DNA of 64,000 bases from Eledone cirrhosa (Eukaryota), in contig OZ024763.1 of NCBI GenBank assembly GCA_964016885.1, forward strand, positions 5,022,001 to 5,086,000. The letters are read 5' to 3'. Below, one piece after another: positions 1 through 12,767 of the stretch. Position 1 is the first letter of the stretch. Every line of letters starts with the position of its first letter. The notes beneath the pieces were generated by a model, which worked only from the letters and a program-made list of their open reading frames with translations, was not told where the DNA came from and searched no databases. Position numbers and translations under genes: made by a program.

Positions 1-399
1 CTTTTTAAGATTTACTTCCATTTCCTCTTGGATAGAAGCCACCACCGAGCTTGTCTATAAGACAGGAAAGAGTGACAGGCGTAGGTAGGACAAAGTTGAA
101 GACAGGGGCCGACTGTTTTAAGGTACTCCTGTAGTTTAAGTTGTACAAAAGTACTTAATGAGACATTTCTAAAATCTACTCGTTTCCTTCTTCTTCATTT
201 TTCAGAGTATTTCTGACCGAACGGTAACTTATCCCGAATAAAGAAAAGAAATGAACAACTTTTTAACTCAAGCATGGGTTGCTACAACGAAGCAGAGACT
301 AGAAAACTAGTAGGGCCATACATAGTAGGAAAACTAAGCAACATGCCCAACCTCAGTAGAATATTGGGATTTTAAATGTGGCAGAGCTCATCTACTCTT

Positions 400-549
400 C
401 TGGTCTGAACACAACCGATTTCTTCCAAAGAAGGATAGAAAATGAGAGAATAGAAGCGAAAAAGAGACATAGAGGAAGAATTAACCCAGTACTAGACTGG
501 TATTTTTTTTTATCGACCTCGAAAGGATGAAAGGTAAATTTGACCTCGA
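400..549 (-). mobile_element. 3' part of tRNA-derived SINE family S1, long-tail variant
   Basis: Reverse complement reads GAGGTCAAATTTACCTTTCATCC...GATAAAAAA..TACCAGTC plus a tail (TTCTTCCTCTATGTCTC...) shared with copies at ~54.9k, 59.1k and 60.2-61.3k. Confidence 0.75.
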
Positions 550-639
550 TATGTGTATAATCAAACATATATTATATTGATAAAGAAACATTACACCTAG
601 CCACCTTCCATAATAAAGAGTTGAGTTGGAAACATATAA

Positions 640-743
640 TATGAAATTATTGTGCATAGTGTTTAGGTGCACTACAACTCATCAAAGGTGCATGTATAGT
701 AGATAGAATAATGTACAAATGTCAGGAAAGTGAACAGTGTATG
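640..743 (-). repeat. Dispersed ~100-bp repeat, probably a retroelement 3' end
   Basis: Near-identical inverted copy at 50746-50850 (CATACACTGTTCACTTTCCTGACATTTGTA...GCACCTTTGATGAGTTGTAGTGCACC). Confidence 0.7.
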
Positions 744-874
744 TTGGAAATCTCTACAATATCTCACGGAATTAACCATTTTACCACTGAGAACTCTTCT
801 AAAATAAACCTCTAACATTGAATGAATTAAAAACAAATTTCATATACAGAAGCATACAGAATAATTATAAACCA

Positions 875-1040
875 AACAGAAACAAAAAGAGGAATATCAT
901 CTGATTCACTCAACACGTCTCTTCAAAAAGCTAACATCAATCACCAAGCATACGTCCCAACTGACTATAGATAAGGTATTCAACAGAAACAACACAAAAG
1001 TAAGCTACACCTGCACAAACAACACTCAAAATAAATAAAT
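875..1040 (+). pseudogene. Decayed Penelope-like retroelement (PLE) ORF fragment, RT to GIY-YIG linker region
   Basis: Manual translation gives NRNKKRNII*F (875-907) and, after a frameshift, DKVFNRNNTKVSYTCTNN (970-1023). These match the recalled PLE linker motifs RKRNIIWFNPP...HKIFNRNTVKVSYSCMPN. Confidence 0.75.
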
Positions 1041-1315
1041 GACTATATAAATAAATAAACACGCCCTAAAAGTTTTAAAGAATGAAATATCGAGAAAACT
1101 ACAGACCATAATACATATATATCTATATATTTGCATGTGTGGTTCGAAATACACACACACACACACTCACACACGCACACACACACACACACGCACGCCC
1201 CCCCCACATATATAAATGTTTTGCTACTATTCTATGAGAAAATTCCAATAGCATTTTCTAATATAAATATATGAAGGTGTGTGTGTGTAATAAATACATA
1301 TATATATATTATGAG

Positions 1316-1490
1316 TACAGCTTAAGCAAAGAATTTCTGCTTTCAAGCCTATTACGGCATATTTTGAAACTTTAATCTGTATTAATAATAAATATTTGCT
1401 CTACGGGTTTATATATACTTTTTTTTTAATTCATATATATAATCCTTATTGAATCCTCATCAGATTTTAGTTTTCGTAATTATTATTATT
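1316..1490 (+). mobile_element. Fold-back family C, degenerate copy
   Basis: Homologous to 2257-2486; inverted arm joined directly to the tail at AAACT. Confidence 0.7.
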
Positions 1491-1688
1491 GGTGAATTGA
1501 CAGTATCGATAGAGGGTTGGACGCCATGCTTTCTAGCATAGTTACGTCCCTTTACAGTCTGAGTTCAAATCCCGCCTAGGTTAACTTTGCCTTTCATCCT
1601 TACGGGGGTCGATAAAATAAAAAAAAGTACCAATAATGCACTGGGTTATTGCTGGCCTTGTGCCTAAAGTAGAAACAATTATTATTAT
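1490..1688 (+). mobile_element. SINE S1, near full length
   Basis: A-box-like TGACAGTATCG, B box GAGTTCAAATCC, central AACTTTGCCTTTCATCC..GGGGTCGATAAAATAA, 3' GGCCTTGTGCC..GTAGAAAC and (ATT)n tail. Confidence 0.85.
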
Positions 1689-1778
1689 TATATATATAAA
1701 TATACATACATACATACACACACACATATATATATATATATATAAACATACATACACACACATATATATATAAGTTTA

Positions 1779-1832
1779 TCCCAGGTTCAATCGGGGGTAA
1801 CCACAGTAAGTAAGGAACTCAATACGTAAACA
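1779..1832 (-). mobile_element. Family B tail fragment
   Basis: Reverse complement GTATTGAGTTCCTTACTTACTGTGGTTACCCCCGATTGAACCTGGG matches 41092-41137. Confidence 0.7.
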
Positions 1833-1847
1833 TTATTACATGATGCT

Positions 1848-1903
<56 letters not shown>

Positions 1904-2225
1904 AGCATCATGTCATTTTTACAGTTCTAAAGCTTCATGAATAAATCTAACACTACATATTTTCAAAAAATTTTTTGCTGGGTATTCCGACCATTGAGTT
2001 CAGGCGTTTCCGGTGGGAAATTATTGCATTTCTAATTGCAAGGAACTTGTCAAACTGTTTACCGTAAAAAACAGTCAGTTTGTGTTAATAAAAGTAAAAT
2101 CCCCCAGGGAATTAAAGTTTATATCACGGTTTAGATTTTAGACTTAATACTCTTAGTTTTTTACAGTTATTCTATATAACACAAAATATGAAACGTTAAA
2201 ATGAGAGGGTCCAAAGTATGTATGC

Positions 2226-2256
<31 letters not shown>

Positions 2257-2264
<8 letters not shown>

Positions 2265-2482
2265 TAACAGACTAAAGTTTAAGCAAAGAATCGCTGCTTT
2301 CACCCTTAACGGGATCTTCTGAAACTAACCAGAAGATCCCGTTAAGGGTGAAAGCAGCGATTCTTTGCTTAAACTTTAATCTGTTATTTTAATAAATATT
2401 TGCTCTACGGTTCTTATATATTTGATATATATTTATCCTTATCGAGCCCTCTTTGGATTTTAGTCTTCAAATTTATTATTAT

Positions 2483-2486
<4 letters not shown>
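2257..2486. mobile_element. Fold-back element family C (about 65-bp inverted arms plus tail) between TA arrays
   Basis: Arms 2257-2321 and 2330-2393, 8-nt spacer, ~90-bp unpaired tail, TA microsatellite on both sides. Confidence 0.85.
2276..2326 (-). ncRNA. Hammerhead-like fold with variant core (CAGAAGA)
   Basis: AGUUU-CAGAAGA-U-CCC(guuaa)GGG-U-GAA-AGCA(gcgauucuu)UGCU-U-AAACU; stems I, II and III all pair; U4 is replaced by A. Confidence 0.55.
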
Positions 2487-2545
<59 letters not shown>

Positions 2546-2569
2546 CATATATATATATATTTGTAAATG

Positions 2570-2608
<39 letters not shown>

Positions 2609-3055
2609 AAATGTATGTATATATATATAGGAAAATGCATGTATTTATATATATATATATACATATATATATACATATATATATATATACATATATATAT
2701 ATATGTAAATGAATATATATATATATACATACATTTATGTATATATTTATGTGTGTAATATTCTGGTCTTTCTTTCCTCTGTTGGGGATTTTTTCCTGTA
2801 CCCAACTGTTGCAGCGGCGCCAGACCTCTCAGATGTATGGCGTTTGTCGGTGCCTTGTTAATTATATATCCTTTTTCTCCCCCAGCCCTAGAGATCACAC
2901 ATGTTACAAGATAAATGGTTAACACGCTGGCATCAAATAGACAACACATGGAGGTCACATTTACACTACTTTCAGAATGGAACAGTAAAGCGTCACATAT
3001 TTCTTAACCCAGGTTAAACACATCTACACAAATGTTAAATATAATCATATTATTA

Positions 3056-3505
3056 CCCGCGGTTAACTTTGCCTTTCATCCTTACGGGGTCGGTCGAGAA
3101 AATAAAGTACCAGTAATGCACTGGGGTAATTGCTGGCCTTGTGCCAAAAGTAGAAACAATTATTACCATCAGGCAGTAGATTGACAGTATTGGTAGAGCG
3201 TCGGACACCATGTCCTGCAGCCTAGAGTTACGGTCCTTTACGTTCTGAGTTCAAAACCCGCTGAGGTGAGCTTTGCCTTTCATTCTCCTAGGGTCGATAA
3301 AATAAAGTACCAGTAATACATTGATGGGGTCAGTTTCATCGACATTCAAATCGCTGGCTTCGTGCCCAGATCAGAAACCCCTTTTTAAGGTCGGTGGCTT
3401 GGTAGTATCGGCAGAGTGTTGGACAACATTCTTTGTGGCATAGTGTTACGTCTCTTTACGTTCTAAGTTCAAATCCCACCGAGGTCAACTTTGCCTTTCA
3501 TCTAT
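3056..3505 (+). mobile_element. Three head-to-tail SINE S1 copies
   Basis: Central domain CTTTGCCTTTCAT repeats at ~3067, 3271 and 3489; two have B boxes GAGTTCAAA/AAGTTCAAA. Confidence 0.85.
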
Positions 3506-3513
3506 TCGATATA

Positions 3514-3592
<79 letters not shown>

Positions 3593-3596
<4 letters not shown>

Positions 3597-3729
3597 AAAA
3601 TGTTTAACCCCGACGGCAGAGCTCAAGCCGTTTCGACGGCTATTTCTGGACGCCCACTCTACTACCCTAAGTATTGAGTACTCTGGTCCGTTATGGTCCA
3701 TCTGGTTCCTTACCACACTTCCTTCGTTA
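3593..3729 (+). mobile_element. Fold-back family A, internally deleted copy
   Basis: One inverted arm fused to the family A tail; TA flanks. Confidence 0.8.
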
Positions 3730-3806
3730 TATATGGCTATCATCGAAATATATATAGCAGTAAATAAAGGATTATGAGTTCATGCAATTGACTTATGTTT
3801 CGTCAC

Positions 3807-3843
<37 letters not shown>

Positions 3844-3849
3844 GCACAT

Positions 3850-4025
3850 ACAAGAGGGTCGGCTAAAAAGTTCATAGGCTGATAATGAAGGAGTGAGGCT
3901 AGAGCTGCATTAATTTCAACTCTTCTTATTAATAACTGAAGTGTTTCTTTCCAGGGGTCAATGTTGAAAGAAAAAAAGAAAGCCACGAGAGTGTCTTGGT
4001 CAGCCTGTGAACTTTTCAGTCAACC

Positions 4026-4031
<6 letters not shown>
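3850..4031. mobile_element. Mariner/Tc1-type MITE (~180 bp)
   Basis: TIR AGGGTCGGCTAAAAAGTTCATAGGCTGA ... TCAGCCTGTGAACTTTTCAGTCAACCCT with TA flanks; homologs at 43.1k, 51.3k, 53.2k and 58.9k. Confidence 0.85.
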
Positions 4032-4083
<52 letters not shown>

Positions 4084-4086
<3 letters not shown>

Positions 4087-4278
4087 CGAAGGAAATGTGG
4101 TAAGGAACCAGGTGGACCATAACGCACCAAAGTACTCAATACTTAGGGTAGTAGAGTGGGTAATAGGAACCAGTAAGACCCCGACGGCTGAGCTCAAGCC
4201 GTTTCGACGGCTAATTCTGGACTGTCCAGAATTAGCCGTCGAAACGGCTTGAGCTCAGCCGTCGGGGTCTTACTGGTT

Positions 4279-4282
<4 letters not shown>
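4084..4282 (-). mobile_element. Fold-back family A, full copy
   Basis: ~59-bp perfect inverted arms centred at ~4223 plus ~80-bp tail, embedded in (TA)n. Confidence 0.9.
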
Positions 4283-4349
<67 letters not shown>

Positions 4350-4381
4350 GGGGGGAGTTAGAGATAGATAGATAGAGAGAT

Positions 4382-4432
<51 letters not shown>

Positions 4433-4727
4433 AAGAGAGGAGGGGGGAGATATATAGATAGATAGAGAGATACACACACATATATATATATACACACACA
4501 CATATATATACACACACACACATAGACACATATATATACACACACACAGACACACATATATATACAACACACAGACACACATGACGCATTTCAAAAGAGC
4601 TAAGTAAATTCCTTATGAAATTTGTGTAGGAGTCGTTTTCTTTCTTTCTTTTGTTATTTTTCTTCCTCGACGAAAGAGGGTTGGGTGTGCGCATGCGTGT
4701 GAGAGAGAGAGAGATAGAGATAGAGAG

Positions 4728-4771
<44 letters not shown>

Positions 4772-4928
4772 AGGAAGAAGAAGAAGAAGAAGAAGAGTCA
4801 TTTAAAAACAATATGTTGATGAGAATTTTGTCTAAAAGAACATTCAGCATTTTTCTGTTTTTTGGTGTCTTGTTCTTGTTTTTTTTGGAGGTGTTTTTGT
4901 TTTGTCTGTCACTTCTTTTCGTCTGCTT

Positions 4929-4964
<36 letters not shown>

Positions 4965-5156
4965 GTTTTAGTAGTGGTGGTAGTGGTAGTAGTGGTAGTA
5001 GTAGTAGTAGTAGTAGTAGTAGTAATGGTGGTGGTGGTGGTAGTAGTAGTAGTTTTAGTAGTGGTGGTAGTGGTAGTAGTGGTAGTAGTAGTAGTAGTAA
5101 TAATGGTGGTGGTGGTGGTAGTAGTAGTAGTAGTTTTAGTAGTCGTGGTAGTAGTG

Positions 5157-5195
<39 letters not shown>

Positions 5196-5661
5196 ATAAT
5201 GGTGGTGGTGGTGGTAGTAGTAGTAGTAGTAGTATTTGTTGTAGTGTTGTAGTAGTTATTGCTGGTGTTGTATTTATTGTTGTAGTAGTAGTAGTGGTAG
5301 TTGTATTTGCAGTAGTTATTGTAGTTGTAGTTTTTGTTGTAGTGGTCGTTTTCGTTGTCGTTTGAGTATTGTGTAGTAGTAGTAGTAGTTGTAGTAGTAG
5401 TAGTATAAGTAGTATAAGTAGTAGTAGTAGTAGTATAAGTAGTAATAGTAGTAGTAGTAGTAGTAGTATTTGTAGTAGTAGTAGTTGTGTTAGTAGTTGT
5501 AGTAGTAGTAGTATAAGTAGTATAAGTAGTTGTAGTAGTAGTAGTAGTATAAGTAGTAATAGTAGTAGTAGTAGTAGTAGTAGTATTTGTAGTAGTAGTA
5601 GTTGTGTTAGTAGTTGTAGTAGTAGTAGTATAAGTAGTATAAGTAGTTGTAGTAGTAGTAT

Positions 5662-5707
<46 letters not shown>

Positions 5708-5728
5708 TGTAATTGTTGTTGTTGTAGC
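4929..5728. repeat. Compound (GTA)n/(GGT)n/(GTT)n microsatellite with higher-order duplications
   Basis: Visible triplet periodicity with repeated interruption blocks. Confidence 0.95.
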
Positions 5729-5908
5729 TATAGATGGGACGGTTGACTTTAAAATATGTCAGCATCAATATTCAAAGCAGCTGTGATAAGTCTGCTAATG
5801 AAACACACAGAAAGACATCTACTATATATATACATATATACATATATATATATAGAGAGAGAAATAGACATACACACACACACACACACATACATAGAAA
5901 GACATCTA

Positions 5909-5939
<31 letters not shown>

Positions 5940-5942
<3 letters not shown>

Positions 5943-6157
5943 CGAAGGAAATGTGGTAAGGAACCAGATGGACCATAACGCACCAGAGTACTCAATACTT
6001 AGGGTAGTAGAGTGGGTAATAGGAGAGAGTATGATCCCCGACGGCAGAGCTCAAGCCGTTTCGACGGCTATTTCAGGACTTTTTTTTTTTTTTTAGTCCA
6101 GAAATAGCCGTCGAAACGGCTTGAGCTCTGCCGTCGGGGTCATACTTTCTCCTATTA
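5940..6157 (-). mobile_element. Fold-back family A copy with poly-T spacer
   Basis: Same tail and arms; spacer is a ~15-nt T run. Confidence 0.9.
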
Positions 6158-6186
6158 CATATATATATAGAGGGAGATAGAGACAT

Positions 6187-6227
<41 letters not shown>

Positions 6228-6405
6228 CACAGACTTACAGAGACACACAGAAAGACATCTAGTGTATATATATATATAAATAAACTATATATACATATAT
6301 ATATAGATAGATAGAGACATACACACATATACACACACACACACACATCTATATATTACACACACAGATATTACACAAACACACACACATTATACACGGA
6401 CGAAG

Positions 6406-6512
6406 AAAAATAAAAATAAAAATAAAAATAAAAATAAAAATAAAAATAAAAATAAAAATAAAAATAAAAATAAAAATAAAAATAAAAATAAAAATAAAAA
6501 TAAAAATAAAAA
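6406..6512. repeat. (AAAAAT)n hexamer microsatellite
   Basis: Direct reading. Confidence 0.95.
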
Positions 6513-6942
6513 GAAGAAAAATCAGGAGGAGAATAAAAAGAAAAAGAATAAAAAGAAAAAAAGAAAAAAAAGATGAAGAAAAAGACGAAGAAGAAAGAAA
6601 GAAAGCAGGACTGACATGGTTTGATAAGATACCCAAAAGAGATGGGACTGGGGGTGGTGACAGGAGGTGGTATGGGGGAATGTTACATTTTTGGGTGTGT
6701 CGTAAAATAGTTAAATCTGCCCAGGGGAATGCTGGGTACACTAAATAGAAATGCGGTAGGGTCTCACATACGTCATATCAGGTCTTGAAAAACCCCGATT
6801 ATATTAAGATCGTACGTGCAATTAGTAGATAAAATCTCCCTTAAAAAGGGGCTGAAAAACAAGAGTATCTGGAGTGTTTGATTAAAGATGGGCTTTACTT
6901 CTCGTATATGTTTCTTTTTCTTGGTTTTATTACTGTGTATTT

Positions 6943-6996
<54 letters not shown>

Positions 6997-6999
<3 letters not shown>

Positions 7000-7395
7000 G
7001 TTTCTACTTTTCTACTTTTGGCACAAGGCCAGCGCATTGGTGGTACTTTATTTTATCGACCCGACCCCGTAAGGATGAAAGGCAAAATATATATATATTG
7101 TATATATATATTATATTCCTATTACCCACTCTACTACCCTAAGTATTGAGTACTCTGGTGCGTTATGGTCCATCTGGTTCCTTACCACATTTCCTTCGTT
7201 ATAAGGGCGGTGGCTTGGCAGTATCGGTAAAGAGTCGGACACCATGCTTTGAAGCATAGAGTTACGTCCCTTTATGATCTGAGTTCAAATCCCGCCGAGG
7301 TTAACTTTGCCTTTCATCCTTACGGGGTCGATAAAACAAAGTACCAGTAATACACTGGGGTAATTTCTGGTCTTGTGCCAAAAGTAGAAACAATT
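6997..7395. mobile_element. Cluster: SINE S1 3' half (-, 6997-7087), family A tail (+, 7117-7202), full SINE S1 (+, 7205-7395)
   Basis: Each block matches other copies in the window. Confidence 0.8.
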
Positions 7396-7430
7396 AACAT
7401 TAGTTTCACGCTTGAGAGTGGGGGGTGGGG

Positions 7431-7461
7431 GACGACGTTTCGGGCATAAGCCCTTCATCAG
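7431..7461 (-). ncRNA. Minimal hammerhead core, family D
   Basis: CUGAUGA-A-GGGC(uuau)GCCC-GAAAC-GUC; second copy at 57190-57220; stem I not evident. Confidence 0.65.
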
Positions 7462-7955
7462 GAGAAAAGTGGGTAGGAAGATAGGAAGAGAGTTCCAAGG
7501 GTGTGTGGAGGAGTGGTGGAAAGACATTTAAAAAAATGATAAAAAAAAGGGAGGAAAAACATTTTTTTTTAGAGAGTAAAACATTTTTTTAAAGTAAAAG
7601 GGTGTATTTAAATAAAAATGATTTTAAAATGGGGTGTGAGGCGTGTAGGGGTGGTGGTGGGAGAAGGGGCGGAGAGGAGAGAGGGAGATGGGGGGTCCGA
7701 GCGGGGAGGGCTGAAGGTGGTGTGCGTGTAGGTGTACGTGTGTGTGTATGTGTGTATGTGAATGTGAGAGTTGGGGGAAGAACGAGGTTCCATGTTCAGG
7801 TAAAAGGGAAACCGGTGTGTACATGGCGTGGGGTGTAAGTCGGTGTGTGTGCGCGTGTGGATGGAGAGGGGTCAGAGGGGTGGTTATATATACATATATA
7901 CATTCACACACACACATACATATATATAAATATATATATATACATATATATTTAT

Positions 7956-8027
<72 letters not shown>

Positions 8028-8032
<5 letters not shown>

Positions 8033-8108
8033 AAGTTGCCTACACTTTACCAATATATTGAATACCTTTTTTAACTGGTTATCCCTGACACAACTCGGGA
8101 ATCTACAT
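8028..8108 (+). mobile_element. Family B tail, diverged, between TA arrays
   Basis: ATATTGAATACC...CTGGTTATCCCTGACACAACTCGGGA resembles 41092-41140. Confidence 0.55.
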
Positions 8109-9179
8109 TATATATATATAGGACAAAGAGAATGGAAAACTCCACTGAAAGACTGACAGTCCCATCTCATCAGCCAACCTTAGGAAATCACCACAGTTTC
8201 GGTTCACTAAAGTTGATACTACTTATTCCAATAAACATAAGAACCTAACAAAAGAGGTAGAGACAAAGACAGGACAAAAGCTATTGGTATCAATATCAAC
8301 ATTAATGTAGACAACGATGTAAATGTTGTTACAGGTATTGCTGAAGACGTTGCTATAGGTATTATATATATAGTGAAAGTTAGAAGTCTTTCTTGAGCTG
8401 ATGGCTGTATGTGACTGGAACTTATCCATGGTTCTCGTAGCGTTAAGCAATTGATGGATGCTACACCATCGCACAGCTAACTTCCAACAGTTGTTGTTGG
8501 CATTCACTCCTCTCAGTTGAATTATGACTGGAGATCTGTGAAATAAAGAACCTTGCTCAAGGAGATACGATAACGGACTGTATGACCGATTAAGAGAAGC
8601 CCCAAACTCACCCCCGAAACACTCGCCACGTGCCTTCAATAAATTTCAAATATTTCTTTAATCAAATAAGCTTGAACTTTCTTTAATGCGCGGAAGAGGA
8701 TCTACCTTAAGTAAAATTACATTTCTTGTAATCTTTCCAACATTTGAATATAATTTTCGGATAGGTTACACACACACACACACACACACACTCAAGCACA
8801 CACACAAGCACACACACAAGCACACACACACACACTCACACGTGCGTGTAAACCCCTACACCATAACCATTACCATCATATCACACACAAACAGACATAA
8901 GCAAACACATCAACCATATATAACAGACACCACCACCACACCCCACCACAATCACCACACCACATCCCACCACCACCACCACCATCACCACCACACCACA
9001 TCCCACCACCACCACCGCCATCACAACCACCACCACCACCATCACGACTACATAGACGAACAAACACGCAATACCGAACGCCATACATACACACACGCGT
9101 GCGCAATACCACACAAATTACACACGAACTACACCATAGATACACGTACCACACCCCATTGCACACTTTACCGCACACC

Positions 9180-9344
9180 ACCACAATAAACACGCACACA
9201 CACACACACACCACAATAAACACACACAGACACACACCACCATAAACACACACACACACATACACACTCAGACACAGACACACACACACACACAGACAGA
9301 TAGACATACAGAGAGAGAGAGACACACACACACAGAGACAGAGA

Positions 9345-9388
<44 letters not shown>

Positions 9389-9680
9389 GACACACACACA
9401 CACACACACAGACACACACACACACAGACAGAGACAGAGAGACACACACACACAGAGACAGAGACACACACACACACGCAGACACACACACACACAGACA
9501 CACACACACACACACAGACACACACACACAGACACACACACACACAGACAGAGAGAGACACACACACACATAGACAGAGACACACACACACACGCAGACA
9601 CACACACACAGACACACACACACACACACACAGACACACACACACAACCAGACAGAGAGAGAGACACACACACACACAGA

Positions 9681-9717
<37 letters not shown>

Positions 9718-9748
9718 ACAGAGAGAGAGAGAGACACACACACACCAC
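9180..9748. repeat. (CA)n/(GA) compound microsatellite
   Basis: Direct reading. Confidence 0.95.
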
Positions 9749-9849
9749 ACTCCTGTTTATGTTAAATGATATTATGTCTATTGACAGAACAGCACGAGTA
9801 ACTCAATAGCGAGGGAATCCTACCGTAACCTCTTGGTAATCGAAACCTT

Positions 9850-9880
<31 letters not shown>

Positions 9881-9942
9881 TATATATATGCACACACATA
9901 TGTATTTTATATACACACACATATGTATTTTATATACACACT

Positions 9943-9973
<31 letters not shown>

Positions 9974-9994
9974 GCACACACATATGTATTTTAT

Positions 9995-10030
<36 letters not shown>

Positions 10031-10053
10031 GCACACACATATGTATTTTATAT

Positions 10054-10085
<32 letters not shown>

Positions 10086-10734
10086 GCACACACATATGTA
10101 TTTTATATGCACACACACACACACATATACACAACCGTTAGATAAACTGGTAGATGTAATAGTTTGCACCTGTTTATCGTATTAGCTAAGCCAGGAGATA
10201 GATATATAATCAATCACACGTGTGATATATACAGTTTCAATATCCGCCTAGCGCCATTTTGAATATGGAAGACGTCCATTAAAATATTGGTTTGAGAGAT
10301 ATAAGTTTCTCTTCCGCCGTCGTGACGTCACCATCAAAGGGGCCTGTCTCTGTTGGGGGTGGTGGCGGCGGCGGTGGTGGTGGTGGTGGTGGTGGTGAGG
10401 GGCTTCAGTTTAATGTATCTTGTCAGCTTAAGTACACATATGATGTTACACGCACATATACAGACGTACACACATAGACACACAGACACACACAGACACA
10501 CACATATACACACACACCTATACAGACACACACACAGACACACAACATATACACACACACACACATATATATACACACACACACAAACTCACTAACACAC
10601 ACACAGAAACACACTTTCTCTCTCTCACACACACATCCACATACTGTCTCTCAAACACACACAACGACACACTATCAACCGCCACAACCCTCTCAGGAAT
10701 AAGTGGGCGAAGAATACAAGAAGAGTAATACAAA

Positions 10735-10806
<72 letters not shown>

Positions 10807-10813
<7 letters not shown>

Positions 10814-11256
10814 AATGGTGTCTGCAAGACTAGAAATATTTTATTCGAAGGAAATCACAAGGAAAGCTTTCCCGAGGTTTATTTCGAAGGAAACAGTTCT
10901 AGTCCTGTAGAAGCTATTTCTATATTAAATTTGTTGTTTAAACTCTACTAATGTATTGTTTCTACTTTTTGGCACAAGGCCAGCAATTACCCAGCGCATT
11001 ACTGGTACTTTATTCTATCGACCCCGGAAGGATGAAAGGCAAAGTTAACCTCGGCGGGATTTGAACTCAGATCATACAGGGAGGTAACTCTATGCTTCAA
11101 AGCATGGCATCCGACCCTCTACCGATACTGCCAATCCACCGCCTTTACTAATGTATCTCAACCGCCACAACCCTCTCAAGAATAAGTGGACGAAGACTAA
11201 TGTATTGCGTACTTTACATACTGTGGTTACATCCGATGTTAACCCAGGACTCATAT
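10807..11256 (+). mobile_element. Old family B fold-back element interrupted by SINE S1 (-, ~10956-11195)
   Basis: GAAACAGTTCTAGTCCTGTAGAAGC matches family B; target ACTAATGTATTG duplicated at 10947-10958 and 11196-11207; the B tail resumes after it. Confidence 0.8.
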
Positions 11257-11504
11257 ACCTGTATGTAAAAACAAATAAATAATCGAGAATCGGAATCTCA
11301 GCCCACGAAATCAGGAAACACAATCTTCGAAATGTGTGGCAAAGGGCTCAATAGTTTGGATAAACCAGAGCTATAACTATCGTTTAAATACCAACACATA
11401 GAGACAATGCTTAAAATCATTCGCACAGCCGAAAAAACGACCAGGAAAATTCGGGTCACACAAATAATATATTAATAAATTAATAAATTAAATGAATGTA
11501 AAAT

Positions 11505-11554
<50 letters not shown>

Positions 11555-11770
11555 AAATTAACTTAAGGGTGTCATGTCCGAGTGACATTCGGCATATCCA
11601 CTGTAGAATATGGTCAAACTTTAATTAGTTACCTACCTAGCTGTGTGTGCTTACACACTTTACAAATTATCCCCTGTGATTGTTTCATATGTTTATTTTA
11701 TATATATATATATATATGTCAATCAATTTCTAGTTGATATATATATATATATATATACATATATATATAC

Positions 11771-11948
<178 letters not shown>

Positions 11949-12471
11949 CCACAGACACATAAATATAGTCATTTATTTAAACAGTAACTTATGTTCTAGA
12001 AGAAAAAAGCAAAAAAAAAAAAGCAAAGGTGACTAGAACTTTTAGGTTTGTAAGTCCCGTGAGAATTCGATGTATCGTAACTTCCGACTTCCGATTGGCC
12101 ACCATGTTATCTCAAGTATGAGAGAGTTCATCAGAAAATACACCCATATTACAGATTCTTCAACATCAGTTCCTCTGCTACAAGAAATATTGTTTGGTTC
12201 TCAGGAATCGGTGATAAACATCATTCCTTGTGGACTAACAACATACGTTCTGTTGAATTCATTTCTTTCTCGTCTCTTCTCAAATATACAAAGACACTTC
12301 GTCAAATATTTCGATTTAAAGTAGATAAAAATATAGGAAGGTATAAATTTTACTCGAGAGAATTAGGACAGAGAAGAAGATAAATTTAATTTCAATATTT
12401 CTCAATGTCCAATGGCAGAAGTTGGGCATAGAGTTATGGTTTTACTCAGTAAGTAGATATATGCATACTTC

Positions 12472-12515
<44 letters not shown>

Positions 12516-12537
12516 AAATATATATATACACACACAC

Positions 12538-12568
<31 letters not shown>

Positions 12569-12767
12569 CACTTTTTGTTATTTTCAACAATTTTTATTCA
12601 TTACCCATTGTAGTGAATTACACAGTAGAAGCTACTTAGCTGATAATTTGACCTGAATATTCAAGATTTTTTTTTTGTCTTATATGATAGGTCTAGAGTT
12701 GTGGGATAGAATATCAAAATTCGAGAGGTGCCGTGATAGAAACATCTTAAGATTCCCTGGTCTAAAG

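Noticed and set aside
1935-2070. Minus-strand KQFDKFL...PPETPELNG resembling a retroviral-type integrase core
   Set aside because: Needs frameshifts, is too short and has no supporting LTR or other domains
4007-4252. Recurring peptide NEGNVVRNQ...[11 protein letters not shown] in several ORFs
   Set aside because: Incidental translation of family A repeat; starts inside TA runs and frames are broken between copies
8223-8639. 138-aa non-repetitive ORF
   Set aside because: Non-ATG start, no recognisable motif or splice support
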